A stretch of DNA of 64,000 bases from an uncultured Methanoregulaceae archaeon (GCA_963717525.1 OY970343.1:128001-192000), one strand, 5' to 3'; counted from the stretch's first letter, positions 29,968 to 41,092 are shown. The notes: generated by a model from the letters alone, not told the origin. Program-made: numbers and translations.

Positions 29968-30933
29968 ATGGTTTTTGACCGCCTACGGGAAGACATACGG
30001 GCAATCTTTTCCCGGGACCCCGCCGCCCGCTCCACGCTTGAGATCCTCGTCTGCTACCCGGGGCTCCACGCCCTCTGGTTCCACCGGAGGGCCCACTGGC
30101 TCCAGGCCCACAACCTGAAATTCTGGGCCCGGTTTGTCTCCCATATCAGCAGGTTCCTTACGGGAATTGAGATCCATCCCGGAGCCGTGATCGGCCGGCG
30201 GGTGGTCATCGACCACGGGATGGGGGTCGTTATCGGCGAGACAGCGGAGGTGGGAAACGACGTCCTCATCTACATGGGGGTGGTGCTGGGCGGTACTGCA
30301 CTCGAGAATGTCAAGCGCCACCCGACTATAGAGGACGGTGTGATCCTTGGTTCAGGCGCCATCGTCCTTGGTCCCATCCGGATTGGCAAGGGCGCAAAGG
30401 TCGGTGCCGGGTCAGTCGTGGTCCGGTCTGTCCCGCCCGGCGCGACGGTTGTCGGTGTCCCGGGTAGGATCGCCGGCCCGGAGCATAGCTCTGCGGTAGA
30501 AACCATCGAAGAAGTCATGCCTGACCCGATGCTCCGGGTGGTGAGCCGGCTGCTGGACCGGCAGAACCAGCTTGAAGAGCGGCTCCGCGCCTTTGAGCAG
30601 GTGCAGCCCGGCCCAATCTCTCCCGCAGCCCGGCAGGAGATTGTCTGTGAGAACGAGATCCGTGAAGCGTTGAGGGAAGTCATTGATCCCGAGGTAGGTA
30701 TCGATATCGTAGACCTCGGGCTTATCAAGGAGATACGGGTGAAGGGCGACAGCGTGGAGATTGACATGGTTCTCACCTGCAAAGCCTGCCCGCTCTCCGA
30801 TCACCTCTCCGGACAGGTGCAGCGCAGGGTACTGGGGGTCTGCGGTATCGGGCACGTGACCGTGAACGTGCTTGACGAGCCATGGAACTGGGACCGGTTT
30901 GTGAAACAGCGGGGAAACCTTAAACAGGTCTGA
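29968..30933 (+). CDS. cysE: Serine O-acetyltransferase fused to a C-terminal DUF59 (FeS assembly) domain
   Basis: [19 protein letters not shown] hexapeptide region; C-terminal [16 protein letters not shown]...LTCKACP..W. Confidence 0.92.
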   Translation: MVFDRLREDIRAIFSRDPAARSTLEILVCYPGLHALWFHRRAHWLQAHNLKFWARFVSHISRFLTGIEIHPGAVIGRRVVIDHGMGVVIGETAEVGNDVLIYMGVVLGGTALENVKRHPTIEDGVILGSGAIVLGPIRIGKGAKVGAGSVVVRSVPPGATVVGVPGRIAGPEHSSAVETIEEVMPDPMLRVVSRLLDRQNQLEERLRAFEQVQPGPISPAARQEIVCENEIREALREVIDPEVGIDIVDLGLIKEIRVKGDSVEIDMVLTCKACPLSDHLSGQVQRRVLGVCGIGHVTVNVLDEPWNWDRFVKQRGNLKQV

Positions 30934-31192
30934 TTTCAGCCCTCGTCCGCCATTGTACGCCATACGTAGTGGCATCAGGACGGGAAGATCATTTCGTGAT
31001 CAAATATTTTTGCCGCGTATAGTATCTCATCGGTATCCTTGCCGCGAAAGGCGATTTGGGCAGGGGCTTTGTAGGTTCCCACCCTCTCCTGGTCTTCGGT
31101 CTGGATCCGAAAACAGCAATCGACCCGGGAGAGAATTATGGATCCAGAGAAAATGCTTTTTAAAAAGCCAGGAAAACAAACAGAACCCAATA

Positions 31193-31531
31193 TTAAGTGC
31201 CGCACCTGCGGCTCTCCGTGCTGCTCCCGCACTGGTACTCCTCACCCTCACGGAGCTGGTGGCAGATATCGCAGGTGCGCTGCACGAGGTTTATGCCCTT
31301 TCCCTCTTTTAAATCCCGGGCAAGCTGTTCTATTGACTGCTTCACATCGTTCTCGAACTCGATACGGTAACCGCGTTTCCCGGAGAGATACTGGGAGACC
31401 GCTGAAGGTGCAATTTCCAGCATCCGTGCTGCTTCGACCTGCGACACGCCACATTTCACGAGCTCCACCGCTATAGCTGCACGGATCGCCGGCAGTACAT
31501 CCCATACGATCTTCTGGCAGGGGGCTTCCAT
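31193..31531 (-). CDS. Cys-containing HTH transcriptional regulator
   Basis: PC..VLPAIRAAIA.EL..SQVEAARMLEIAPSAVSQYLSGKRG; CDIC. Confidence 0.85.
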   Translation of the reverse strand: MEAPCQKIVWDVLPAIRAAIAVELVKCGVSQVEAARMLEIAPSAVSQYLSGKRGYRIEFENDVKQSIEQLARDLKEGKGINLVQRTCDICHQLREGEEYQCGSSTESRRCGT

Positions 31532-31757
31532 TATATCACAACCTTTAAGTTATCACAATTGTTACATAATAGATTGTATTCACAATTGTGAATTTGCTGC
31601 GGAACCTTAAAAAAGTACCCCAAATGCATCGTTCACGCGGGAGCTTGAATGGAATACGAACCAATCCTGCCCAAAAAGGCCGCCCGCATCTTCAGGATAA
31701 CAAAAGAATAATCAGACGATAAGCGCACATATTCACGTAAAGACAAGGAAAGAGAGC

Positions 31758-32954
31758 ATGGGAAAACCGCGTATCATCTACATGGACCATTCCGCAACGA
31801 CCTACACAAAAGAGGAGGTTGTCGATGCAATGCTTCCCTACTTCACCCGGCACTTTGGCAACCCTTCGTCCATCTACGGTATCGCACGCGAATCAAAGAC
31901 TGCCATCGATACGGCCCGGGCCCAGGTGGCAAAAGCAATCGGGGCACAACCCGATGAGATCTATTTCACCTCGTGCGGAAGTGAATCCGACAACTGGGCG
32001 ATAAAAGGCGTTGCGTACGCCAACCGGAAGCGGGGCAACCATATCATCACCACAAAGATCGAGCACCATGCCGTCCTCCATACCTGCCAGTTCCTCGAAA
32101 AAGAGGGATTTATCGTAACGTACCTCCCGGTGGACCAGTACGGTCGTGTCGATCCGGCAGACCTTGAAAAAGCCATCACCGATAAGACGATCCTCGTCTC
32201 GATCATGTACGCGAACAACGAGATTGGCACTATCGAACCGATCCGCGAACTCGCGGCGATCGCACAGAAGCACAAGGTGTACTTCCACACCGACGCGGTC
32301 CAGGCGATCGGGAATGTCCCTATTGACGTGAAGGCGCAGAATATCGACCTGCTCTCACTTTCTGCCCACAAGTTCTATGGCCCCAAGGGGGTCGGGGCGC
32401 TCTATATCAGGAACGGCGTCCGTATCGAGAACCTGATCCACGGCGGTGGCCAGGAACGGAAGAAGCGGGCCGGTACCGAGAACATTGCCGGGATTGTCGG
32501 GTGCGGGAAGGCTATCGAACTTGCTACGGCCGATATTGAGGGCCATAATGCCCGGATCCGGGCGATGCGCGACCGGCTCTTAAAAGGCGTTCTTGCGAAG
32601 ATCCCGAATGCCCGTCTCAACGGCCACCCGACAGAACGTCTGGCAGGGAACTTCAACGTCAGTTTCGAATTCATTGAAGGGGAATCGATGCTCCTGTGGC
32701 TGGATGACGAGGGTATCTGCGCTTCGACCGGCAGCGCCTGCACGTCCGGTTCGCTCGAACCTTCGCACGTGCTGCTCGCTACCGGCCTTCCCGTGGAGAT
32801 CTCGCACGGCTCGCTGCGGCTGACGCTCGGCGATGCCAACACCGACGAGGATGTCGATATCGTGCTTGAGGTACTGCCGAAAGTGGTATCCCGCCTGCGG
32901 GATATGTCTCCCCTGTACCAGAAAGCAGCAAAGGATGGAGGATGCAATGTATAG
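31758..32954 (+). CDS. nifS: Cysteine desulfurase
   Basis: YMDHSATT, GNPSS, SAHKFYGPKG, STGSACTSG. Confidence 0.95.
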   Translation: MGKPRIIYMDHSATTYTKEEVVDAMLPYFTRHFGNPSSIYGIARESKTAIDTARAQVAKAIGAQPDEIYFTSCGSESDNWAIKGVAYANRKRGNHIITTKIEHHAVLHTCQFLEKEGFIVTYLPVDQYGRVDPADLEKAITDKTILVSIMYANNEIGTIEPIRELAAIAQKHKVYFHTDAVQAIGNVPIDVKAQNIDLLSLSAHKFYGPKGVGALYIRNGVRIENLIHGGGQERKKRAGTENIAGIVGCGKAIELATADIEGHNARIRAMRDRLLKGVLAKIPNARLNGHPTERLAGNFNVSFEFIEGESMLLWLDDEGICASTGSACTSGSLEPSHVLLATGLPVEISHGSLRLTLGDANTDEDVDIVLEVLPKVVSRLRDMSPLYQKAAKDGGCNV

Positions 32955-33381
32955 CGAAACCGTGATGGATCACTTCAAAAACCCGCGCAACGTAGGGGAG
33001 ATCGAGAACCCGGATGGCGTCGGCGAAGTCGGGAACCCGGTCTGCGGCGATATCATGAAGATCTTTTTGAAGATCGAGAACAACATTGTTGTCGATGCGA
33101 AGTTCAAGACCTTTGGCTGCGGGGCGGCAATTGCATCGAGCAGCATGGCCACCGAACTGGTGCGGGGAAAGAGTCTTGAAGAGGCATGGCAGCTCTCCAA
33201 CAAGGCAGTGGCCGAGGCGCTCGACGGCCTGCCCCCGATAAAAATGCACTGCTCGGTGCTTGCAGAAGAGGGCATCCATAAGGCAATCAACGATTACCGC
33301 ATCAGGCACGGCCTCGAACCGTGGCAGGAAACATCCGCCCATTCCCACGATCACGGTGAAGAAACTGAGTGCCAGCAGTAG
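32947..33381 (+). CDS. nifU: Fe-S cluster scaffold protein
   Basis: DHFKNPRNVG, GNPVCGD, FGCGAAIAS, KMHCS. Confidence 0.95.
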   Translation: MYSETVMDHFKNPRNVGEIENPDGVGEVGNPVCGDIMKIFLKIENNIVVDAKFKTFGCGAAIASSSMATELVRGKSLEEAWQLSNKAVAEALDGLPPIKMHCSVLAEEGIHKAINDYRIRHGLEPWQETSAHSHDHGEETECQQ

Positions 33382-33424
33382 GGTGACATCCATCGTATCA
33401 GATCCGGTCAGCCAGGTGAAACAG

Positions 33425-34210
33425 ATGCTTTCTGAACGCGAACGAGAACGATATAAACGCCAGATGATGCTCTTTGGCGACGAAGGGCAGGAACGTCTTA
33501 AAAAGGCCCATATCTTTATTGCCGGGGCCGGGGGGCTTGGCTCGCCGGTCTCGATCTACCTTGCGGTCGCCGGAGTGGGCACCCTCACGGTGGTGGACAA
33601 GGATGTCGTGGAACTGACCAATCTCAACCGGCAGATCCTGCACTACGACCGGGATATCGGCCGGAAGAAGACCGCATCGGCTGAAGAAAAACTCAGGGCG
33701 ATCAATCCTGATATTATCGTTAAGGTGATCGACACCACTATCGAAGAATCCAATGGTGCACAGCTCGTGGGCAGTGCGGATGGTATTGTCGATGCGATGG
33801 ACAACTACCCGACCCGGTACCTCCTCAACGATATCGCACAGGAAAAGAAGATCCCGCTCTTCCATGGCGCGATACGGGGGTTCTACGGTCAGGCAACGAC
33901 TATCCTCCCGGAAAAGACCGCGTGCCTGCGCTGTATCTTTCCCTGTGCCCCCCCGAAAGAAGTGTTCCCCGTGGTCGGGGTGACACCGGGATTCATCGGG
34001 ATGATCCAGGTAAATGAAGTGCTCAAGTACCTGCTTGGTACAGGGGATCTCCTTGCAAATCGTCTCCTGATCTGGGATGGGATGACAGCGCACGCGGAAG
34101 AAATTGCTGTGATAAAAAACCCGGCCTGCATATCATGCGGAACAGGGCATGCGTCAAAGAATGCATCTGCGGTAAAAGCAAAGAATGTGCACGAGAGGAA
34201 GAAAAAATGA
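33425..34210 (+). CDS. moeB: MoeB/ThiF family E1-like adenylyltransferase
   Basis: RYKRQ, GAGGLG, NLNRQ, CLRC..CISC. Confidence 0.88.
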   Translation: MLSERERERYKRQMMLFGDEGQERLKKAHIFIAGAGGLGSPVSIYLAVAGVGTLTVVDKDVVELTNLNRQILHYDRDIGRKKTASAEEKLRAINPDIIVKVIDTTIEESNGAQLVGSADGIVDAMDNYPTRYLLNDIAQEKKIPLFHGAIRGFYGQATTILPEKTACLRCIFPCAPPKEVFPVVGVTPGFIGMIQVNEVLKYLLGTGDLLANRLLIWDGMTAHAEEIAVIKNPACISCGTGHASKNASAVKAKNVHERKKK

Positions 34211-34485
34211 CGGTCAGGATACGGTTTTTCGCCCGGTTCCGGGAACTGCTCGGGACAGATATCGTGGTCGATGCGAAGGAAGGTACGGTGCTCTCCGGGC
34301 TGGTAAAGGATGTGGCCGGAAAGAACAAGGAAGGGTACGATGCGATCTTCGATGAGAAAGGCATCTTCCGCGAGTTTGTCATCATAATGCAGAATGGCAA
34401 GCGGGTGGAAACGACCGCTGCGGGGACGACCCGGGTTGCAGACGGCGACGAGATCGCGGTATTCCCCCCGGTTGCGGGCGGGTAA
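34207..34485 (+). CDS. moaD: MoaD/SAMP ubiquitin-like sulfur carrier
   Basis: FFARFRE; C-terminal DEIAVFPPVAGG. Confidence 0.9.
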   Translation: MTVRIRFFARFRELLGTDIVVDAKEGTVLSGLVKDVAGKNKEGYDAIFDEKGIFREFVIIMQNGKRVETTAAGTTRVADGDEIAVFPPVAGG

Positions 34486-34502
34486 AACGCAGTGGTGCGG
34501 CC

Positions 34503-34947
34503 ATGATTGCGATCCAAACGGAAGACGTTGATATCGGGAAACTGATAACCGGGGCAAAGAAGCAGGGAACCGGTGCGATCGTTGTCTTTGACGGGATCGT
34601 CAGGGACGATGATATCCGCGAGATGGAACTGGAGGCGTACGGTGAGGTTGCAGTGCCCGAACTTGAGAAGATTGCATCAGAGGCAAAAGAGACCTACAAC
34701 CTCCTCTCCGTCGATATCATCCACCGGATCGGCCGCCTTGCCATCGGAGAGAACATCCTTGTCATCGTCGTGAGCGCAGGGCACCGCACAGGAGGCGTAC
34801 GAAGGCTCACGGTTTATCATCGAGGCGATCAAGGCCGGTGTCCCGATCTGGAAAAAGGAGCTGCGCCGGGACGGGGATCGCTGGGTGCCCGGCGAGCACC
34901 GGCACGGGTCCGGACACGAAAAGCTGACCGGTGTGGCCCCTGTGTAA
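34503..34947 (+). CDS. moaE: Molybdopterin synthase catalytic subunit (1-nt insertion near 34788)
   Basis: GAIVVFDGIVR, HRIG, SAGHR, then in shifted frame EAY...PIWKKE..W to TAA at 34947. Confidence 0.88.
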
Positions 34948-34960
34948 ATCCTGTTTTTTG

Positions 34961-35197
34961 TCAGGCCACTCTCTTTTCCGTGAGTTTCCGGTACATCTCC
35001 TCGCCCACGCATTCCCGGGCATGTTTGCACCACTGCACGCACGATGCGATATCGTTGTAGATCACAAACCCGCACTTACTGCATTTTACCGAAATGTCGT
35101 TGGAAAAGATCTCGACTTCCTCACCGCACTGCGGGCACTTCTTGATCGCAAGCGTTGGTGTCCGTACATTGGCCGCGCCGGGACAGTGATCGAACAT
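34961..35197 (-). CDS. Small Cys-rich zinc-ribbon protein
   Basis: CPG..CPQCG..CSKCG..CVQWC..C. Confidence 0.7.
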   Translation of the reverse strand: MFDHCPGAANVRTPTLAIKKCPQCGEEVEIFSNDISVKCSKCGFVIYNDIASCVQWCKHARECVGEEMYRKLTEKRVA

Positions 35198-35329
35198 GGT
35201 ACACTTCCTCTGACATATGTTGTTTTCCCGGCACATGAACCGGATGGATCAGACAATGGCCTGGACCGGAACGTCAGTGCGATAAGCAGCATCGTGGAAT
35301 CTCTGCTCCTCCGGCAGTAACACGGAATC

Positions 35330-36886
35330 ATGTGCCATCCAAAGATGTATGAGCGCCTGCGGCAAAGATTCCGGCAGATTATGGCCGCAAAGCAGTTTCT
35401 TTCAACGGTAAAATACGTGGCCGGCACAAAACCATCCTTCCTGCTTTCCGAGATTGCGGCCTACCTCGACGAACCATTGACCGTGGGGCAGATGTACGCG
35501 GCGCTCCGGCCGCATCTTGCCGGGCTCGGGCTTACCGTACAAAAGACCGGTGAAGACTACACGATCTCGCGGCTGCTGCCATCCCCTCCCTATATCCTGA
35601 ACCCTGCCGAGGAAAAGCGCATTGATGCATACCTTTCCCTCGACTCCATGCCCTCGGTTCTTGAAACGGCCATCGAGCAGTATATCACCCGAAAAACCGG
35701 CAAAGACTGGTCTGATCCGGTCATCCTCGAACGGCTCCGCCGTGCGATCGTCGCCCAGAAGGATGATTACTGGAAACCGGCGGGCAAACGGTCGCTCCAG
35801 TACACGAAAGGCTATTCGGTTCTCGGCTACCTTGCGTACCATTTCCCGGTCTACTTCATGCAGACCCGGCACCTGCTTGCGCAGCTCGCCCGTGACGGCC
35901 TGCTGAAACAGGAGATGACGATCCTCGATCTCGGCACCGGGCCGGGTGTCATCCCCCTTGCCATTGAGGATTTCTGGATGTGCCTGGACACGGCAAAGGC
36001 CACAGTCTGTTCGGTAGAACGCTCAAAAGAGCACATCGAGGCGTTTGGTGCTCTTGCCACGAGCATCGCCACAACTAATAACCAGGTGACAATAGAGCCC
36101 CCGCGGGAAGCGGATATCACCTCACCCCGGGACGTGCCGCTCCCTGACAGCGTCGACCTGATGATCTTCTCCAACATGCTCAACGAACTGGCCGGCCTGC
36201 CGGTCGCGGCTCGTGCGGATATCGTCATGGAATATGTAAAACGGCTCGCACCTGACGGCACGGTCCTCATCATCGAACCCGCGGAAGAGGCGACTTCCAC
36301 CGGCCTGCGTGTCCTTGCCCTTGCGTTAAAGAAGCGGGGACTCTCGATCTATGCGCCCTGCACATTTGTCTGGGGCACGAACTGCACGCCGGACCGGTGC
36401 TGGAGTTTCCAGACTGCCCCCTCCCTCCGGCCCACCCGGATCATGAACACGCTTGCAGCATGCAATGAGCCGTTCCGGTACGTGAACACCGATATCAAGT
36501 ACAGTTACGTGATGCTGCGGAAGGACGGGGAGGTACGTACCTCCTGCACCATCCCAAAGGATATGAAAGCACTGCGGCTTTCCAAAGTACACCTCAACGT
36601 GGGAAAACGGATCACGGTGGTGGCAGCGAAGATGTCCGAGGATCTTGGCGATAAGGAGACCCATATATTCAGGCTCTGCGACGGTTCGGCGGAAAAGCCG
36701 GTGTATGCGGTGCTGCCCGCGTTCCATATTATGCCGTCCAACCGGGAGCTGGGATCTTCGCCGTACGGGACCGTGCTTGAGATCCGGAACGTGCTGGTGC
36801 GGTATAACCCGGCGCACGATGCGTATAACCTGCTGGTGAACCGGGATTCGGGGGTAACCCCCTTCCCTCTGAGTAGGGAGATCTGA
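35330..36886 (+). CDS. Class I SAM-dependent methyltransferase (Rsm22-like); start may be 35381
   Basis: ILDLGTGPG, FSNMLNEL, LIIEPA, APC..C..C. Confidence 0.8.
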   Translation: MCHPKMYERLRQRFRQIMAAKQFLSTVKYVAGTKPSFLLSEIAAYLDEPLTVGQMYAALRPHLAGLGLTVQKTGEDYTISRLLPSPPYILNPAEEKRIDAYLSLDSMPSVLETAIEQYITRKTGKDWSDPVILERLRRAIVAQKDDYWKPAGKRSLQYTKGYSVLGYLAYHFPVYFMQTRHLLAQLARDGLLKQEMTILDLGTGPGVIPLAIEDFWMCLDTAKATVCSVERSKEHIEAFGALATSIATTNNQVTIEPPREADITSPRDVPLPDSVDLMIFSNMLNELAGLPVAARADIVMEYVKRLAPDGTVLIIEPAEEATSTGLRVLALALKKRGLSIYAPCTFVWGTNCTPDRCWSFQTAPSLRPTRIMNTLAACNEPFRYVNTDIKYSYVMLRKDGEVRTSCTIPKDMKALRLSKVHLNVGKRITVVAAKMSEDLGDKETHIFRLCDGSAEKPVYAVLPAFHIMPSNRELGSSPYGTVLEIRNVLVRYNPAHDAYNLLVNRDSGVTPFPLSREI

Positions 36887-37037
36887 TAAAAAAATAAGAT
36901 GATTCGGAAGGACAAGGACTGTCCCTTCGATCAAAAGATGTTTTTCAATTGGCTAAAAACAATTGTTTTCACTAGGGTCGACGGCAGTCTGTGGCTGAAA
37001 TTTTCTTTCTGCTATATCAACCGGCCACTATCTGAGA

Positions 37038-39677
37038 TTAATAATATTTGAGGATGACAATACCGGAGCCGCCAGTTGCCCCTCTAACGGACGTCGCCCC
37101 ACTACCGCCACCGCCGCCACCCGTGTTTGTTGTGCCGGGAGTTGGTGTAGCAGTATTAAGAGCACCTGCGCCACCGCCACCGGAACCTCCAGAGCCGCCA
37201 GATCCTCCACCCGAAGCAGCTCCACCACCGCCTCCACCACCATACGTCACCGATGAACCGGATATATTCGATGAGACGCCGGCGCCACCAGATCCGGCAG
37301 TAGTACCGCTGCGAGTACCACCAGTACCTCCAGCTCCTCCACCACCGCCGCCATAAGTGCGCGAGCTGTATGATCCCAAACCACCATTATTTCCTTGACC
37401 AGCGGTGCCCGAGCCGACAGTACCTGCAGTATGCGCACCATTGGATAATGTGGAGGAACCGCCACCGGAACCTCCAGTTACTCCGTTCGTTGTGGCGGCA
37501 GTGGTACTAGAGGTACCGCCGCCACCGCCGCCGGTTGCTGTAATAGATGCAAATACAGAGTTGCCTCCACTTGAACCTTGAGCGGTTGTCCCCCCTGCTC
37601 CACCGGCACCAACAGTTACCGCATAAGAACTGGATAATCCTGTTAATGTGCTGGTGAGGACTCCGCCAGCGCCTCCGCCTCCACCTAAACCCCCTCCACC
37701 ACCGCCTCCTGCTACTACAAGATATTGGACGGTAGTGGCACCTGAGGGTACTGTCGATGTGCCTGATGAGGTGAACGTCTGGATGATATAGTAATCGTAT
37801 ACGTTAGTCCCGGTAGCGCTGCCACCAGCGGTGGTAATAACAACGTTTGCTAACCCGGCTGAACCTGATGGCGAAGACGCCGGAGTTACCGCAGTGAGTG
37901 TCGTACTGCTACTTACAGAGACACTGGTTGCCGCTGTACCATCAATGGTTACAGTGGTCGCTCCGGTAACAAAGTTTGTCCCGGTGATCGTTACGCTTGT
38001 TCCACCTGATGAAGGGCCGGTTGCGGGTGAGATACTGACGAATGTCGGGGCGACCACGTAGGTGTATGCTCCTGTCCCGGTAGCGCTGCCACCGGCGGTA
38101 GTTACGACAACGTTAACGACCCCGGCCGAACCTGATGGAGTGATCGCGGTGAGTGTAGTACTACTGCTTACGGAGATGCTGGTCGCGGCGTTACCTCCAA
38201 TGGAAACACTGGTTGCCCCGATAACGAAGTTCGTCCCGGTGATAGTTACTGACTGGCCTCCTGCCAAAGGACCGGCCGCCGGTAAGATGCTGACGAAGGT
38301 CGGGGCTACGATGTAGGTGTATGCGTTGGTACCGGTTGCGCTTCCTCCGGGAGTGGTAACAACAACGTTAACAACCCCGGCCCCATGGGCTGGTGTGGTT
38401 GCTGTGATTGAAGTGTCATTGTTTACTGTGAATGACGCTGATGTACCCCCAATGGTCACTACTGTGGCACCTGTAAAGGCTGTCCCGGTGATCGTTACAG
38501 CTTGGCCGCCTGCTAACGGACCGGCTGAAGGAGTGATGCTGGTAAAGGTCGGGACGATAACTGCAAAGGAAGCAGAGATGTTATGTACTGCCTGGACGTT
38601 CGTGAACGTATAACTCGTTATCGCTCCCTGTGACACCAAATCGACGGAAACACCGGAAATGGAATATCCGGTATTCGGGGTAATATTAAAGGTCTGGTTG
38701 CCGCCAAAGGCCACATTCACAGAACCGTTCGGGGTGATCGTACCACCGGTTCCCGCCGATGCTGTGATCGTGTAGGTGTTGATCGCAAAGGAAGCGGCAA
38801 TGGTATGATTTGCTGTTATATTTGTGAATGTATACGTTGAGACGCTGCCCACAGAAGAATTATCGACCAGTACACTGGTAATGGAGTACCCTAAATTCGG
38901 TGTAATAGTGAAGGTCTGATTACTGCCATAATTCACGTTCACAGATCCTGACGGGGATATTGAGCCATCGATTCCCGCGGATGCCGTAATCGTGTAGGTA
39001 TTGATAGCAAAGGATGCAGAGATGTTATGTGCTGCCTGAACGTTCGTGAACGTATACGATGAAACGCTGCCCACTGAAAAACCATCGACAAGGACACCAG
39101 CTATAGAATATCCATAGTTCGGTGTAATGGTAAACGGCTGGCTGGCCCCGCTCATAACGGAGACTGTGCCAGACGGGGAGATACCACCGCCAGCCGACGC
39201 AGATGCATTTATATTGTAATATATTGTCGGTGTGGGAGTGGGGGTAACAGTAATGCTTCCAATAGCGGAGAGCATCCCGAAATAGGAAGCTGCAATAACA
39301 ACCGGTGAACCCCCACCAGTATAAACGATCTGTACACTTGAAGGGGGGGTAGTTCCGGGTTTGGTATACGTAATGAGGTCACCAATCGACCATGCGGAAG
39401 GGGAACCTGTTTTATTGATACCTGATGTCACATCAGTACCGTCGACCAGGATCTCATACGTCCCGTTTGATAGCGCATCCCCTCCGTTATGCTTGATGTA
39501 CACAATCTGGCTCTGGTTTGAGATGAGGGCACTGAGTGCCGGGATCTTCTGCGCCTGGGGATGGGACAGGACGGCAACGGCAATAATCGATCCCGCAAGG
39601 ACGACGATCGAGATCAAGAGGACGGTTCCGATGACTTCGGACGCCGCGTGTTCCCGGTTCCTGCCCAAACTTCTCAT
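37038..39677 (-). CDS. Type IV pilin-like adhesin with InlB-B-like, IPT/TIG and glycine-rich domains
   Basis: Class III signal HAASEVIG; HNGGD; three IPT-like repeats (GP.AGGQ.VTITGT.F); YLVVAGGGGG...GGSGIVILKY. Confidence 0.85.
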   Translation of the reverse strand: MRSLGRNREHAASEVIGTVLLISIVVLAGSIIAVAVLSHPQAQKIPALSALISNQSQIVYIKHNGGDALSNGTYEILVDGTDVTSGINKTGSPSAWSIGDLITYTKPGTTPPSSVQIVYTGGGSPVVIAASYFGMLSAIGSITVTPTPTPTIYYNINASASAGGGISPSGTVSVMSGASQPFTITPNYGYSIAGVLVDGFSVGSVSSYTFTNVQAAHNISASFAINTYTITASAGIDGSISPSGSVNVNYGSNQTFTITPNLGYSITSVLVDNSSVGSVSTYTFTNITANHTIAASFAINTYTITASAGTGGTITPNGSVNVAFGGNQTFNITPNTGYSISGVSVDLVSQGAITSYTFTNVQAVHNISASFAVIVPTFTSITPSAGPLAGGQAVTITGTAFTGATVVTIGGTSASFTVNNDTSITATTPAHGAGVVNVVVTTPGGSATGTNAYTYIVAPTFVSILPAAGPLAGGQSVTITGTNFVIGATSVSIGGNAATSISVSSSTTLTAITPSGSAGVVNVVVTTAGGSATGTGAYTYVVAPTFVSISPATGPSSGGTSVTITGTNFVTGATTVTIDGTAATSVSVSSSTTLTAVTPASSPSGSAGLANVVITTAGGSATGTNVYDYYIIQTFTSSGTSTVPSGATTVQYLVVAGGGGGGGLGGGGGAGGVLTSTLTGLSSSYAVTVGAGGAGGTTAQGSSGGNSVFASITATGGGGGGTSSTTAATTNGVTGGSGGGSSTLSNGAHTAGTVGSGTAGQGNNGGLGSYSSRTYGGGGGGAGGTGGTRSGTTAGSGGAGVSSNISGSSVTYGGGGGGGAASGGGSGGSGGSGGGGAGALNTATPTPGTTNTGGGGGGSGATSVRGATGGSGIVILKYY

Positions 39678-41092
39678 GTACTCCCCAGACTCTGCACACT
39701 GACCGAAAGATTCGCTGTTTTTCCGGAGAGGGTAATGTGCGGGTTACCATCGTTTACCCCGTATAAATAAATATAACTCCCGGTCGTGGTATTGCCTGCA
39801 GTATAATATGTGGTCGGGATCCCCCCCGTCTGGTTTGCCGCCGCGTTCAGGTAGGCTGCCCACATGATGGCAGCATTCGGGTCCGATGTGGTGATATTGA
39901 TGCTTGCATTCCAGGTATTGGGATTTACCGGTGCATAGGGGAGACTGCCTGCATCGGGTTTCAGGGAGGTTGATACCTGCGCCGGGCTGCTGCCACCAAG
40001 TACACCCGAATCTGAGGGGTCGTATGCGATCGCTACAATATTTACGGTAATGTTTCCATTCCCATTGTTCGCAAAGGTTATCTCCGGCGGGAGTTTGTAC
40101 GTGATCCCGTCAATCTGGGAGAGGAACACCCCCCCCATCTGGTAATAATATGACTGGGGAATCCAGTAATTGTTATTGGTGCTGTATTCAAGCGAACCGA
40201 GGGGTACAGAATAGGTGTAGTTTGACTGGAACTGATAGGCATACTGGGCGGTTATAGTTGGAGAAGTAAGTGTCCCGTTTGTCAAAAAGGTCATTTTTGA
40301 AGGATACGTCATGAACGATTGTAATCCATAAGCCGAATCAAGGAGGTTGACAGAATAGGCTGTATTTGGATTAATATTGGAATAAACAACAGCCCGGTTC
40401 AGGGTTGTAACGCCATTTTTCACCACGGTGACCGTAATATCTGATCCAGAACAACCGGGTATAAATGACGAATTTACGTAACCTCCTGTATTTATATTGC
40501 TCAGGCAATCGGCAATATCCGGGGTAACATTGACAGTGGTGTTCCAACCACTTCCCATGATTTGGACACTCCCTGGAGTTTGGTAATTCCAGGATGCATT
40601 TGTAGTTGAGATATTTATCAACAGGCTCGATGGAGCATTGGAATAAGTCTGCGTTGTGGGAATCGGTATTGGGCCAACCGATGTCATCGAAGTCGAGTTG
40701 CTGATATAAGAGTTCGACGAGACCGTGAAAATTTCCGGTGTTATTGTTCGCTGGTTGATTACGAGTGCTCCGCTTGACCCGACTGGCTGTAGGACCGGAA
40801 TGATACTGGTGCTTCCCTGCGCAGTCTGGCCGGCGGTGCCAAGCGGGAAGGTGGTACTTATCGAGAGCCCGGTCTGCTGGTTTGTCACGAGCGAATCGAT
40901 ACCGATCTTGTAACTGACAAACTGATCGTTAATGGCACTCATATGATTGATCTCGTTTTCGCGGCCCTGTACCGGTACGCCATAGACCAGGTACAGGGAG
41001 AATGCAACCATAATGATCCCGATGATAAGGACAAACCCGATTACTTCAGAAAGAGCCTGTTCCCTGCAGGACCCCGCAGTACCACGTCTCAT
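39674..41092 (-). CDS. Archaeal pilin-like protein
   Basis: QALSEVIGFVLIIGII class III signal; GSLEY..NNYW...YYYQMGGVFLSQ. Confidence 0.8.
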   Translation of the reverse strand: MRRGTAGSCREQALSEVIGFVLIIGIIMVAFSLYLVYGVPVQGRENEINHMSAINDQFVSYKIGIDSLVTNQQTGLSISTTFPLGTAGQTAQGSTSIIPVLQPVGSSGALVINQRTITPEIFTVSSNSYISNSTSMTSVGPIPIPTTQTYSNAPSSLLINISTTNASWNYQTPGSVQIMGSGWNTTVNVTPDIADCLSNINTGGYVNSSFIPGCSGSDITVTVVKNGVTTLNRAVVYSNINPNTAYSVNLLDSAYGLQSFMTYPSKMTFLTNGTLTSPTITAQYAYQFQSNYTYSVPLGSLEYSTNNNYWIPQSYYYQMGGVFLSQIDGITYKLPPEITFANNGNGNITVNIVAIAYDPSDSGVLGGSSPAQVSTSLKPDAGSLPYAPVNPNTWNASINITTSDPNAAIMWAAYLNAAANQTGGIPTTYYTAGNTTTGSYIYLYGVNDGNPHITLSGKTANLSVSVQSLGST

